This document shows, piece after piece, positions 47,212-59,196 of a stretch of 64,000 nt of DNA. How positions within the stretch are numbered: the first letter of the stretch is position 1; each line of letters starts with the position of its first letter. The notes below the pieces were generated by a model. It was not told the DNA's origin, did not search any database, and was given only the letters and a program-made list of their open reading frames with translations. The position numbers and the translations under genes are program-made. Source of the stretch: Candidatus Eiseniibacteriota bacterium (GTDB taxonomy: Bacteria; Eisenbacteria; RBG-16-71-46); NCBI GenBank assembly GCA_963717505.1, contig OY970342.1, forward strand, positions 3,520,001 to 3,584,000, in the 5' to 3' direction.

Positions 47212-49197
47212 ATGCAGTGGAGTGCCACCCAGAGGGCGTCGCTCGACCAGCTGCTGCGTCGAGCCGAGGAAGTGCGCGGCCTGGCGTCGGAAGCCGAGAC
47301 CTCGCCGACCGCGTCGTCCGACGAAGCCGGATCGCTGCTGCACCTGATCGACGAGCTGGTCGAAGAGCTCGAGCGCAGTCACCGCCGTCTGATCGAGACC
47401 AACGTCCAGCTGGTGTCGCTGCGCGAGGTCGCGAGCCGTCTGCTCGGTACGCTCGACGCGTTCGAGACCACGAGTCTGGTCACCCGCTATTTGTGCCAGG
47501 TGCACGGATTCCCGGAGTGCTTCCTGCTGCTGGTCCAGCGCGACACCGGCCGGCTGCAGGGTACCTGGACGCACTTCTCGGATCAGCGCGAGTGCAGCGT
47601 GCGCCTCGACCTGCCCCTGACGGGCGACGGTGGCACCATCACCCGGTCGCTGTGGTTCAACCGCACCGTGGTCCACCATCGTCCGCGACGCCACGCGCCG
47701 GTCGTGCTCCCGGACGGGCACTCGCTCGGTGACGTGCTCGAAGGGCTGGGCTCGACGCTGTGCGTACCACTGTTTCGCAGCCACGGCATCCTGCCGCCTT
47801 CCGACGCCCACGAGCTGTGCGGCGCACGTTGCATCCTGGGCGATCCCGAGCTGCTGGCGCCGCCGCCGTCGGGCGTCGCCTCGACCTGGAGCGCGGAACG
47901 CGAGGAGCGGCAGCTCCACTGCCTGCGTTGCGACGTCTTCCCGCTGCTCGGGGTGATCGGTATGGCGCGGCGCCACGACCAGCCGCCGATCGGCCCCGGG
48001 GACGTCCAGATGCTGGAGTCGATCGCCCAGTCGGTGGCGCCGATGGTCGAAAACGCGCACCTGATCCAGGATCTGCGCCGCAGCGAGAGATTCCGCAATC
48101 ACGTCCTCGACAGCATGGCCAGCGCCCTGGTCGCGGTGAACATGCGGGGCGAGATCCTGAGTGTGAACCGCGCGGCCGAATCGACGCTCGGCGTGCCCCA
48201 GGCCGAGGCGCACGGCCAGCCTTTCGGAATGTTGTTCGGCACCGACGGCGAGTCGGCGCTGCGCGCCACCCTGGAGCGCGGGCAGGAGGTACAGGGGCTC
48301 GAAACCGTGCTGCCGGCGCGCGACGGCTCCATGGTTCCGATCCGGCTTTCGACCTCGCTGCTCCGCGACGAGCGCCGTGTCGTGTATGGCGCGATCGTGA
48401 CCTTCGCCGACCTGACTCCGATCCGGCAGGCCGAAGAGCGGGCGCGCCAGCTCGACCGGCTCGCGACCCTCGGCCGGTTCACCTCGAGCGTGGCTCACGA
48501 GATTCGCAACCCACTGACCGGCATCGGCACCGGCGTCCAATACCTGGCGGCCGGGGTTCCCGACAACGATCCGCGGCAGGAGAGCGTCCGGTTCATTCAC
48601 CACGAGATCCAGCGTCTGGACCGGATCGTCCAGGACCTGTTCGACGCCACGCATCCGCGCGGCCTTCAGCTCCAGGTGGCCCCGATCGAGCAGACGGTGG
48701 CGCGCGCCGCCCGCTGCGTCGCCGCACTCTACGAGCGCGGCGGCGTCACGCTCGAGATTCGGACCGACCCCGGCACGCCGCCGGTCGCCCACGACGCCGA
48801 CCAGTTGGAGCAGGCGTTCATCAACCTGCTCAAGAACGCCGCTGAAGCCTCGGCGGCCGGCACCAAGGTCACCGTGGCGATCGCACCGAGGATGGGGGAG
48901 CGCACCGCCACCGGGGGTCCGATGCGCTCCCGCGGCCGGCGCCAGGTGGCGCCGCCCACCACCACGGCGGTGATCGCGACCATCGAGGACCAGGGCGCCG
49001 GCATTCGCGCCGAAGACCTGCCCGCCCTGTTCGAGCCCTTCGTCACCACCAAACGGTCGGGAACCGGGCTCGGCCTGTACGTCACCCACGACATCATCAA
49101 ACGCCATGGCGGCCAGCTGGTCGTCGCGAGCGAACCCGGACGCGGTAGTCAATTCACGTTGGAACTGCCGGTCGAACCCCACGGAGGAACTCCATGA
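47212..49197 (+). CDS. Cytoplasmic sensor histidine kinase (GAF-like + PAS + HisKA + HATPase; NtrB/AtoS-like)
   Basis: H box VAHEIRNPL, N box NLLKNA.EA, D.G.GI, FEPF.TTK, GTGLGL; PAS 'VN.AAE..LG'. Confidence 0.9.
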   Translation: MQWSATQRASLDQLLRRAEEVRGLASEAETSPTASSDEAGSLLHLIDELVEELERSHRRLIETNVQLVSLREVASRLLGTLDAFETTSLVTRYLCQVHGFPECFLLLVQRDTGRLQGTWTHFSDQRECSVRLDLPLTGDGGTITRSLWFNRTVVHHRPRRHAPVVLPDGHSLGDVLEGLGSTLCVPLFRSHGILPPSDAHELCGARCILGDPELLAPPPSGVASTWSAEREERQLHCLRCDVFPLLGVIGMARRHDQPPIGPGDVQMLESIAQSVAPMVENAHLIQDLRRSERFRNHVLDSMASALVAVNMRGEILSVNRAAESTLGVPQAEAHGQPFGMLFGTDGESALRATLERGQEVQGLETVLPARDGSMVPIRLSTSLLRDERRVVYGAIVTFADLTPIRQAEERARQLDRLATLGRFTSSVAHEIRNPLTGIGTGVQYLAAGVPDNDPRQESVRFIHHEIQRLDRIVQDLFDATHPRGLQLQVAPIEQTVARAARCVAALYERGGVTLEIRTDPGTPPVAHDADQLEQAFINLLKNAAEASAAGTKVTVAIAPRMGERTATGGPMRSRGRRQVAPPTTTAVIATIEDQGAGIRAEDLPALFEPFVTTKRSGTGLGLYVTHDIIKRHGGQLVVASEPGRGSQFTLELPVEPHGGTP

Positions 49198-50627
49198 GCA
49201 AGGCCAACATCCTGGTGCTGGACGACCAGGACTCGATCCGACACTTCGTGGCCAAGGCGCTCGAAGAGGACGGATATACGGTGCGCTCGGCCGGCTCCGT
49301 GCGCGAAGCTCGCGCGCTGATCGAGCAGGAGCTGCCGGATGTCGCCATCTTCGATTTCAAGCTGCCCGACGGCAACGGCCTCGAGCTGCTGCGCGAGCTG
49401 AAGAGCCTGCAGTCCGAGATCCCGATCATCCTGATGACCGCGTTCGGCGAGCTGGACACCGCGGTCGAAGCGATGAGCGCGGGGGCGTTCTGGTTCGTCA
49501 AGAAGCCGTTCCAGAACGACGAGTTGCTGGCGCTGGTGGCGCGCGCCCTCGACTCGCAGAAGCTGTGGTTCGAGCTGCGCCGGCTGCGGCACCAGGTGTT
49601 CTCGGACGAGGACTATCTGCACTCGTCGGCCCCGGCGATGCAGGACACCTACTCGATCGCCGAGCAGGTCGCGCGCGGCGACACGACCAGCGTCCTGATC
49701 GAGGGCGAGAGCGGCACCGGCAAGGAGTACTTCGCGAACCTGATCCATCGCATGAGCGCCCGACACGACCGCCCGTTCATCGAGATCAACTGCGCGGCGA
49801 TTCCGAGCGAGCTGCTGGAAAGCGAGCTGTTCGGCCACGAAAAGGGCGCGTTCACCGACGCGCGTGCCCAGAAGCTGGGCCTGATGGAGCTGGCGAGCGG
49901 CGGCACCCTGTTCCTCGACGAAATCGGGGAGATGGCGCCCATGCTGCAGGTCAAGATCCTGCGCGTACTCGAGCGGCGCACCTTCCGCCGGGTCGGCGGC
50001 ACCAAGGACATCTCGGTCAACCTGCGGATCATCTCGGCCACCAACCAGGACCTCGAGCGCCGGGTCGAAGAGGGCCACTTCCGCGAGGACCTGTACTACC
50101 GGCTGAAGGTGGTGCCGATCCACGTCCCGGCCCTGCGCGACCGGCGCGAGGACATCATCCCGCTGTCACGCATGTTCATGGACCGGTTCACGCGCCAGTT
50201 CAAGAAGAACTTCAGGGACATTTCGCCGGCCGCCGAGCGACTATTGCTCGAGTATCCGTGGCCGGGGAACATTCGCGAGTTGAAGAACCTGTTCGAGCGC
50301 ACCGTGTTGCTGGAGAACGGCGCCAGCCTCGAGGCGAATCACCTGAAGCTGGCGTCGCGTTCCCGCCCCTCGGCGGAATCCACGCTGGGGCAAAAGGTCG
50401 ACGGCTACGTGCTCGGCCCGCTGCCGCCCGCCGGGATCCCGTTCGAGGCGCTGGTCGAGGAGGTCGAGCGCGCCTTGATCATGCGGGCCTCGTATGCTAC
50501 CAAGTGGAACCAGAGTCGCACCGCGGAGATGCTCCAGCTCAAGCGAGACAAGCTCCGCTACCGGATGAAGTTGTTCGGCATCCACGCCGAAGGCGAGCCC
50601 CCGACGGCCCGAGCCGTGAACGAATGA
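49194..50627 (+). CDS. Sigma54-dependent response regulator (NtrC/AtoC family)
   Basis: REC domain (ILVLDD, D.KLPD.NG, KPF), GESGTGKE, ESELFGHEKGAFTDA, WPGNIREL, Fis-type HTH. Confidence 0.94.
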   Translation: MSKANILVLDDQDSIRHFVAKALEEDGYTVRSAGSVREARALIEQELPDVAIFDFKLPDGNGLELLRELKSLQSEIPIILMTAFGELDTAVEAMSAGAFWFVKKPFQNDELLALVARALDSQKLWFELRRLRHQVFSDEDYLHSSAPAMQDTYSIAEQVARGDTTSVLIEGESGTGKEYFANLIHRMSARHDRPFIEINCAAIPSELLESELFGHEKGAFTDARAQKLGLMELASGGTLFLDEIGEMAPMLQVKILRVLERRTFRRVGGTKDISVNLRIISATNQDLERRVEEGHFREDLYYRLKVVPIHVPALRDRREDIIPLSRMFMDRFTRQFKKNFRDISPAAERLLLEYPWPGNIRELKNLFERTVLLENGASLEANHLKLASRSRPSAESTLGQKVDGYVLGPLPPAGIPFEALVEEVERALIMRASYATKWNQSRTAEMLQLKRDKLRYRMKLFGIHAEGEPPTARAVNE

Positions 50628-50634
50628 CACGATC

Positions 50635-51153
50635 GTGAAATCCTGGCATCCGTTGGCGCGACTGCTCCCCCTGGGAGCAGTCGTCGTTTTGGGGGCCTGT
50701 GCCTACAGCACCAGCCCGGCCCTGCTGCCGTCCCACGTCAAGACCATCGCAATTCCCGAGTTCGAGAACGAGACCAGCGAGTACCTGCTCGAACGCGAGA
50801 TCACCGAGGCCGTGATCCAGCGTTTCGTCGCCGACAACCACCTGCGGATCGTCGACGAGCGGGTCGCCAACTCGGTGCTGCGCGGCACGGTCGAGGCCTA
50901 CCGCAACTCGGTATTCGGCATCGGCGCCGACACCCGCTCCAACGAATACCGCGTGACCATCGTGGTCTCGGTGGTGTACAAGGACGTGGTCAAGAATCGC
51001 GAGATCTGGAGCGAGGAAGACCTCGTACGCACCGCCAACTACTACGTGGAAACCGTCCCCGGACAAACGGCGCAAACCGAACTCGATGGACGCAAAGCCG
51101 CGATCGCGAAAATCGCCGACGAAATCATCAGCCGCTCCGTCCAGGGCTGGTAG
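50635..51153 (+). CDS. lptE: LPS assembly lipoprotein LptE family
   Basis: Lipobox VLGAC; LP.H.KTI.IP.F.N.T; adjacent to holA/leuS. Confidence 0.75.
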   Translation: MKSWHPLARLLPLGAVVVLGACAYSTSPALLPSHVKTIAIPEFENETSEYLLEREITEAVIQRFVADNHLRIVDERVANSVLRGTVEAYRNSVFGIGADTRSNEYRVTIVVSVVYKDVVKNREIWSEEDLVRTANYYVETVPGQTAQTELDGRKAAIAKIADEIISRSVQGW

Positions 51154-52150
51154 CGACGTCGTACGGCCAGGCCGCCCGGCGGCGGCCGGACCGCGCGCGC
51201 CACGCGGCGTCGGCGCATTGCTCGAGCGCTGGGACACCGGCAGCTTCGCGCCTTCGACCTACTTCGAGGGTCCGAGCGAGGCGGTCAAGGGCGCCCTGCT
51301 GGTCGAGCTCAAGGCCGCGTGGGCCGTTCGCCACCCGGGGGCGCCGCCGCCGCGCGTGTTCCGCGGAGCCGAATCCGGCGTGGACCAGATCCTGGCGGCG
51401 TTCCAGAGCGCCTCGCTGTTCAGCGCGAGCGAGCTGGTGCTGGTGCTCGATGTCGAGGACCTGGGGCGAAGCGAGAAGCGGGTCGAGGCCCTGGCGGCCG
51501 GCATCGCCCGGGGCAGCGGCGAATCGGTCATCGTCCTGATCGAGTCGGCTGCGGAAACGCCGCGCAAGTCCCTCGAATCCGTGCGCACGGCCTGCGCCGA
51601 GCGACTGCTCGCAGCACCGCTCTCGCGCACCGAACTTTCCGCCTGGGCGCGCCACCGTTTCGCGCGCGAGGCGATCGTGGCAACCCAGCCGGCTATCGAT
51701 GCCCTGGTCGACGCCTGCGAAGGCGATCCGCTGGCATTCTTCAATGAGCTCGACAAACTGTGCGCCTGGGCCGGAAGCCAGGGGAGCCTGGATGCGCCCG
51801 AGGTGGGGGAGCTGCTGCGCCCGGTGGTGGGCGCCGACCTGCCCGAATACCTGAGTGCCGTGGCCCTGGGGGACCCCGGTGTCGCGGCCCGCCGGCTGGG
51901 CCGACTGCTGGCCGCCGGAGTCAGCGAGGGCACTGTCCTGTTCGCGCTCTCGAACCTGGTGGGTGGCGCACTCGGGGGCTGGGCGCGCTATCGCGCCCCC
52001 AGCGAGTCGCTGAAGCGGCGCGTGTCACCCGCCGGTCTCGACCGATCGCTCGATGCCGTCTACCGCGCCGAAGCGGCCTGGAAGGGCGGGCGCGCCGACA
52101 TCGTTGCGCTGCTGGAACAGACCACGCGGTCGCTGTGCGGCGCCCGCTGA
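51086..52150 (+). CDS. holA: DNA polymerase III delta subunit (start uncertain)
   Basis: SLF motif, 'A...L...C.GD.....NELDKL', synteny with lptE and leuS. Confidence 0.7.
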   Translation: MDAKPRSRKSPTKSSAAPSRAGSDVVRPGRPAAAGPRAPRGVGALLERWDTGSFAPSTYFEGPSEAVKGALLVELKAAWAVRHPGAPPPRVFRGAESGVDQILAAFQSASLFSASELVLVLDVEDLGRSEKRVEALAAGIARGSGESVIVLIESAAETPRKSLESVRTACAERLLAAPLSRTELSAWARHRFAREAIVATQPAIDALVDACEGDPLAFFNELDKLCAWAGSQGSLDAPEVGELLRPVVGADLPEYLSAVALGDPGVAARRLGRLLAAGVSEGTVLFALSNLVGGALGGWARYRAPSESLKRRVSPAGLDRSLDAVYRAEAAWKGGRADIVALLEQTTRSLCGAR

Positions 52151-52198
52151 ACTATGCTGGCCCGCTCCTAGTCCCGTATCCGCACCATCCCAGACTCC

Positions 52199-54654
<2,456 letters not shown>

Positions 54655-54658
<4 letters not shown>

Positions 54659-55209
54659 GAATCGCAGCGACCAGGTTGTGGACCGTGGTGGTTCTGGCCT
54701 CGACGACTGCGGCGACGGCGCACGGCGCGACCCACGACTCGACGGCGTCGCACGGCCACGATGCGGCGCGGCCGGCACGCGTGCCTGCGGACGGGGACAC
54801 CGTGCTTCGGGTGATCGGGTCGGTGGGCCGGCCGGTCGCGCTGACCATGGCCGAGTTTCGCCGCCTGCCGCACCGAGCCCTGAACGCCGAAGGCCACGAC
54901 ACGCGCAAATCCGAGTTTCGAGGCGTGGACTTGTACGAGCTGCTCAAGCGCGCGGAAGTGCCCCAGGGCAAGGACGTGCGCGGCCCGCGCATCGCGCGCG
55001 TGGTGATGGTCGAAAGCGCCGACGGCTACCGCGCCGCGTTCGCGATGGCCGAAGCCGACACCAGTTTCTCGAATCGTGCGGTCCTGGTCGCAGACTTACG
55101 GGACGGGAAGCCGGATCCCGAAGGGCCGCTGCGCCTGGTGGTGCCGAGCGACAGCCGCTTCGGCCGTTGGGTGCGCGACGTGGTTCGCATCCGGGTGCTC
55201 GAGCCCTAG
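54655..55209 (+). CDS. Exported protein with an oxidoreductase molybdopterin-binding-like domain
   Basis: Signal-like N-terminus; 'LT..E...LP', 'F.GV.L..LL', 'A.DGY...F', 'GP.RLVVP.D....RWVR'. Confidence 0.65.
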
Positions 55210-56153
55210 TGCGGGCGCGGGCGCCTTTCGCGGCCGCACTGATCTTCCTCGCGACTCCGGTGCACGCCGGGCCGAGCGGAGCTCAGATCTGGGTGGACAA
55301 CGACTACCTCAATTTCTGGGTGCCGCCCGACGAACGCGACGACGTCGGTTACACGAACGGCGTCGAACTGTCGCTCGTGTTCGAAGGCTCGCCGGCGTGG
55401 CTGCGCCGACTGGCCCCGAAACGACTCGAGGGCAGCGAAAGGGACTCGCCGGCGCGCACCGTCGCCAGCCTGCGCCAGGAGATCTACGTCCCGTGGACCG
55501 CCACCGGCGACCGGCCGTTCGCCGGATTGCTCGAGTTCGGGCTCGGCCTCAGGCGGGAGACGGACGATCGATTGCGCGAAGGCCGGCTGAGGATCGGGGT
55601 CACTGGACCGCCGTCGCTGGCCGAGGACGTCTACACCTGGTTCCACAAGACGTTCGGCTTCGAGCCGCGCACCTGGGTCGATCAACTGCCGGCCGAGCCG
55701 GTATTTCGTGCCGACTACGAAGAAGTCGGACGCTGGAATCCCCAATCGCTCGATCGAATGCGACTCGACATCGGCCCGCGCTGGCGAGCCCGACTGGGAA
55801 CCATGAACACCGACTTCCGCGTGGGCGTCGACGTGGTCGCCGGCTTGGACCCGCCGCCGGTCTGGGGCGGCGACCGGACGGCGGCAGGCTGGTCTTGGTA
55901 CGGCACCGGGGCGCTCCGGCTCGACACGGTGCTGCGCGACGGATTCCTCGAGGGCACGTTCTTCAAACCCAGCCAGGGCGTGGACTGGATCGTATTCGTG
56001 CCCGAGATCCAGGGCGGGCTCGGCGTCCGCTACCAGCACACTCGGCTCGAGTGGCGGGTTCAGCGTCGCGGGAGGGAGTTCCCGGAGCAGCCCGAGCCCC
56101 ATACGTACTCGACCCTGATTCTGACCTGGACCCCAGGCCCGACCCCGTTCTAG
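55209..56153 (+). CDS. Lipid A 3-O-deacylase LpxR-family outer-membrane protein
   Basis: DND, D..YTNG, Q.IY.P, DRPFAG.L, G.TGP.S.A, 'EF.EQ...H.Y'. Confidence 0.75.
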   Translation: MRARAPFAAALIFLATPVHAGPSGAQIWVDNDYLNFWVPPDERDDVGYTNGVELSLVFEGSPAWLRRLAPKRLEGSERDSPARTVASLRQEIYVPWTATGDRPFAGLLEFGLGLRRETDDRLREGRLRIGVTGPPSLAEDVYTWFHKTFGFEPRTWVDQLPAEPVFRADYEEVGRWNPQSLDRMRLDIGPRWRARLGTMNTDFRVGVDVVAGLDPPPVWGGDRTAAGWSWYGTGALRLDTVLRDGFLEGTFFKPSQGVDWIVFVPEIQGGLGVRYQHTRLEWRVQRRGREFPEQPEPHTYSTLILTWTPGPTPF

Positions 56154-56254
56154 GTCGACATAATGCTTCTTATGCGAAGCGCAGCACCCGTGACGACGGC
56201 TGGCCGATTTCCTGGACGCCCTGCTGAAAGTGTCCGGTAATGGTCGGACCGGCG

Positions 56255-58990
56255 TCAGTGCATCACAACCAGCCTGCGCGCCCCGATTCGCCAGCCGTCG
56301 ACCTCGAGTGTGACGAAGTAGATTCCGGAGGCGACCGGTGCACCGCCGTCTCGGCGTCCGTCCCAGACCACACGATGCTGCCCTGCTTCCCAATGGCCTT
56401 CGGCGAATCGGCGCACCACGCGCCCGGCAACATCATGGACCCTCGCCTGGACGCTCGCCCCCCGAGCCAGACGAAACTCGAGGCTGGCGGAACCGTTGGT
56501 TGGGTTCGGTCCGAGGCTTTCGATCCGTGTCGTCTGCGCAGGAACTGGTGCTTCCACGCCCAAGATGCCGTCCACGGTGAGCGTAGCGGCTGCACTCGTG
56601 TCCGCGCCGGTCGCGTTGCTGACCACCAGCGTGTAGGGACCGGCATCGGGGACCGAGACGTTCGCAATGTGCAGCGTCGGCTCGTTGGCCCCAAGGATCG
56701 AGCCCATTGCTGACGGACCGTCGGCCAGCGGGATTCCATAGTGGTGCCATTGAAGCGTCAGCCCTTCGTAGCCGCTCGCCGGCCGAGACGTGAAGGCCAC
56801 GTCGCCGCCCGAAGACGCGCTTTGCCCCACAGGGTTGTAGGCGATCCACGGCAGTCCCGTCGGCGGGTATCGTGCCCAACCCGGTGAGATCACCCCAGCG
56901 GCGCTCGGGAAAATGCCTCCGGCGTGTACTTCGTTCTGGTACGGATGCAGGGCTTTGACGTTTCCGGAGGGCCCGCCTCCCGCCGCGTACCACGCCACAC
57001 CATCCCAGTAGGCCACGTGGGCCACGTTCACCCCACCCACAGAGAAAAAGTCGCCACCGATGTACAGCCGATTGCCGACTGACGCGAGCCCTCGCACCGG
57101 CGCATCCGTGCCGCCGGTCGAGAAGGTCGAGTAGTTGAAGCCGTCGTATCGGGCGAGATTCGGAGAGGCATTGATTCCCGGGTATTGCCCCCCGATCACC
57201 AGCTGGCCCTCGTGGACCTCGAGCGCGTAGACGTTACCCAGGAAGAAGCCGCCGACCTGGCTCCACGAGACACCGTCCCAGCGCGCGAGCCCGCCGGTCG
57301 ACACCCCGCCGGCCGTGGTGAATTGGCCTCCGGCGTAGAGATAGCCACCGTAGGATTCGAGCGCGAACACCGCACCATTCATGCCCGCGCCGAGCGGTTC
57401 CCAAACGTCGGTGGCTTCGTTCCAGCGCGCGATTCGATTGACACCCATGGAAGAGAACGTGAACGTGCCGGCGGCGTAGGTTTGCCCGTTGTGGCGCTTG
57501 ATCGCGGTGACCCCATTGTTGAAGCCGGCACCCATCGGCTGCCACGCCGGGGGCGGGAACACGTCGGTCGGATCTTCATCCCAACGCGCGATGAAGTTGG
57601 CCGTGGTTCCTCCCGCCTGCGTGAAGGAACCGCCGGCGATCAGTTCGTAGTCTCCACTGAAACCGTTGTACTTGAAGGTCTCCAACGCAAAGATCGAGTT
57701 GTCCATGCCGAGGCCGAAGGTCGAAAGCTCGACCCCGTCGAATGCGGCGATGTTGTTCGCCGTCTGCCCGGTCAACGACTGCTGGAATAGCCCACCCCCC
57801 ACTTCGCGTCCGCGATAGTTGGTCAACGCAAACACGCCGGTCACCGTGCCACCGCCGAGTGGGCCACATTGAGACCCGTTCCAACGCGCCATGTGACCGA
57901 CCGGAGTGCCACAGAAGTGTCTGAACCACCCGCCAGCGATCAGGTCGTCGTCCAGGGGCGCGAGGCACCGGATCCAGTCGTCGGCTCCGGCCAGGGCGTC
58001 CCACGACGAGCCGTTCCACCGCGCCAGGAAGCAGTTGTATCCCATTACGTCCGAATACGCGTTCACGGCCGCGATGAAGTCGCCATTGTAGTGAGCGAAA
58101 GCGTCGATCGACGTCTGGCCGCCGGTGAAGATGGTGCCCATCGGCAGCCAGGTGGTGCCGTTCCAGCGCACCAGCGACACCGATGTGTTGCCCTCGAAAG
58201 TGAAGGGGCCTGCGACGAGTTCACCATTGTGAATCGCGAGCCGGAATACCTGCGCCCCCGAGGGTCCGGTGCCGCCAACCAGGGGGTGCCACGCCGAACC
58301 ATTCCAGGCCGCGACGAATTGCGCCGGAGAACCACCCGCCGAGGTGAACTGCCCCCCCGCGACCAGCTCGCCGTTGTAAAGGGCAATGCTCCAAACGGAG
58401 CCGTTGGTTCCGGAACCGAGCGGGCTCCACGATGTGCCGTCCCACCGCGCGATGTTGCTCGCCGGTTGACCGCCGGCGCCGGAAAAGACCCCACCCGCGA
58501 TCAGCTCGCCGTTGTAGACTGCAAGACACAGCGCACGACCCGTAAGTCCGCTGCCTAACGGCTGCCAGGACGAACCATCCCAGCGAGCGATGTAGTTTGC
58601 AGGCTGGCCGCCGGCATTGAGGAAGTCGCCGCCGGCGATCAGTTCGCCGTTGAAGACCGTCAGGCATTCCACGTGACTCGCATCGCCATCGACCCCGGCG
58701 CCCAATGGTTCCCAGCGACCCGAAGCGGGATTGCGCGCGGCGATGTGGTTGACGAGAACACCCTCGATACTGGTGAGGTACCCCCCGACCACCAGGCGCG
58801 GTGACTGGGGTCCGACGCCGTCCGGATCCCAGTACTCGAAGGCCTCGACGACGGAATTGGCGCCGTCTGGCGCGTTGGTCAGCGGACCGGAAATCCAGGG
58901 TCCCTCGATCCAGCTCGGGGCCTGGGCCCTTGCCGGCTTCGGTATCAGCAGAACCGCCAGGGCGAGGATTGCGATCGTTCGGGCGACCAT
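56255..58990 (-). CDS. Secreted beta-propeller repeat protein + Ig domain + T9SS-CTD/FlgD-like C-terminus
   Basis: Signal peptide; about 12 repeats of 'L.AGG.F..AGG..A..IARWDG..W..LG.G'; Ig 'LQW...G...DAG.Y.LVVSN'; C-terminus 'PNP...HDVAGRVVR...WDG...ASGIYFV.L'. Confidence 0.88.
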   Translation of the reverse strand: MVARTIAILALAVLLIPKPARAQAPSWIEGPWISGPLTNAPDGANSVVEAFEYWDPDGVGPQSPRLVVGGYLTSIEGVLVNHIAARNPASGRWEPLGAGVDGDASHVECLTVFNGELIAGGDFLNAGGQPANYIARWDGSSWQPLGSGLTGRALCLAVYNGELIAGGVFSGAGGQPASNIARWDGTSWSPLGSGTNGSVWSIALYNGELVAGGQFTSAGGSPAQFVAAWNGSAWHPLVGGTGPSGAQVFRLAIHNGELVAGPFTFEGNTSVSLVRWNGTTWLPMGTIFTGGQTSIDAFAHYNGDFIAAVNAYSDVMGYNCFLARWNGSSWDALAGADDWIRCLAPLDDDLIAGGWFRHFCGTPVGHMARWNGSQCGPLGGGTVTGVFALTNYRGREVGGGLFQQSLTGQTANNIAAFDGVELSTFGLGMDNSIFALETFKYNGFSGDYELIAGGSFTQAGGTTANFIARWDEDPTDVFPPPAWQPMGAGFNNGVTAIKRHNGQTYAAGTFTFSSMGVNRIARWNEATDVWEPLGAGMNGAVFALESYGGYLYAGGQFTTAGGVSTGGLARWDGVSWSQVGGFFLGNVYALEVHEGQLVIGGQYPGINASPNLARYDGFNYSTFSTGGTDAPVRGLASVGNRLYIGGDFFSVGGVNVAHVAYWDGVAWYAAGGGPSGNVKALHPYQNEVHAGGIFPSAAGVISPGWARYPPTGLPWIAYNPVGQSASSGGDVAFTSRPASGYEGLTLQWHHYGIPLADGPSAMGSILGANEPTLHIANVSVPDAGPYTLVVSNATGADTSAAATLTVDGILGVEAPVPAQTTRIESLGPNPTNGSASLEFRLARGASVQARVHDVAGRVVRRFAEGHWEAGQHRVVWDGRRDGGAPVASGIYFVTLEVDGWRIGARRLVVMH

Positions 58991-59196
58991 AATAAGCTCC
59001 TGGACCAGGTGGACGGCCGTCGCCGTGCGGCGGACAACCCGGGGCCTTCCCGGAGCCGCCTACCATTCCTACGTCTCGGGGTCCAGGCCCGAACAGACCT
59101 TTTGTAGGTCGGTGCGCCCTCCCCGGGGCCCTCTCCACTGGCGGGCTGCGGAGTTCGCCTAGAGGCGCCCACCCCGATCGAACTACTCTTGCTCCC

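Noticed and set aside
49840-49865. GAFTDA instead of GAFTGA in the sigma54 activator
   Set aside because: A common natural variant in NtrC/AtoC-family proteins; not evidence of novelty.
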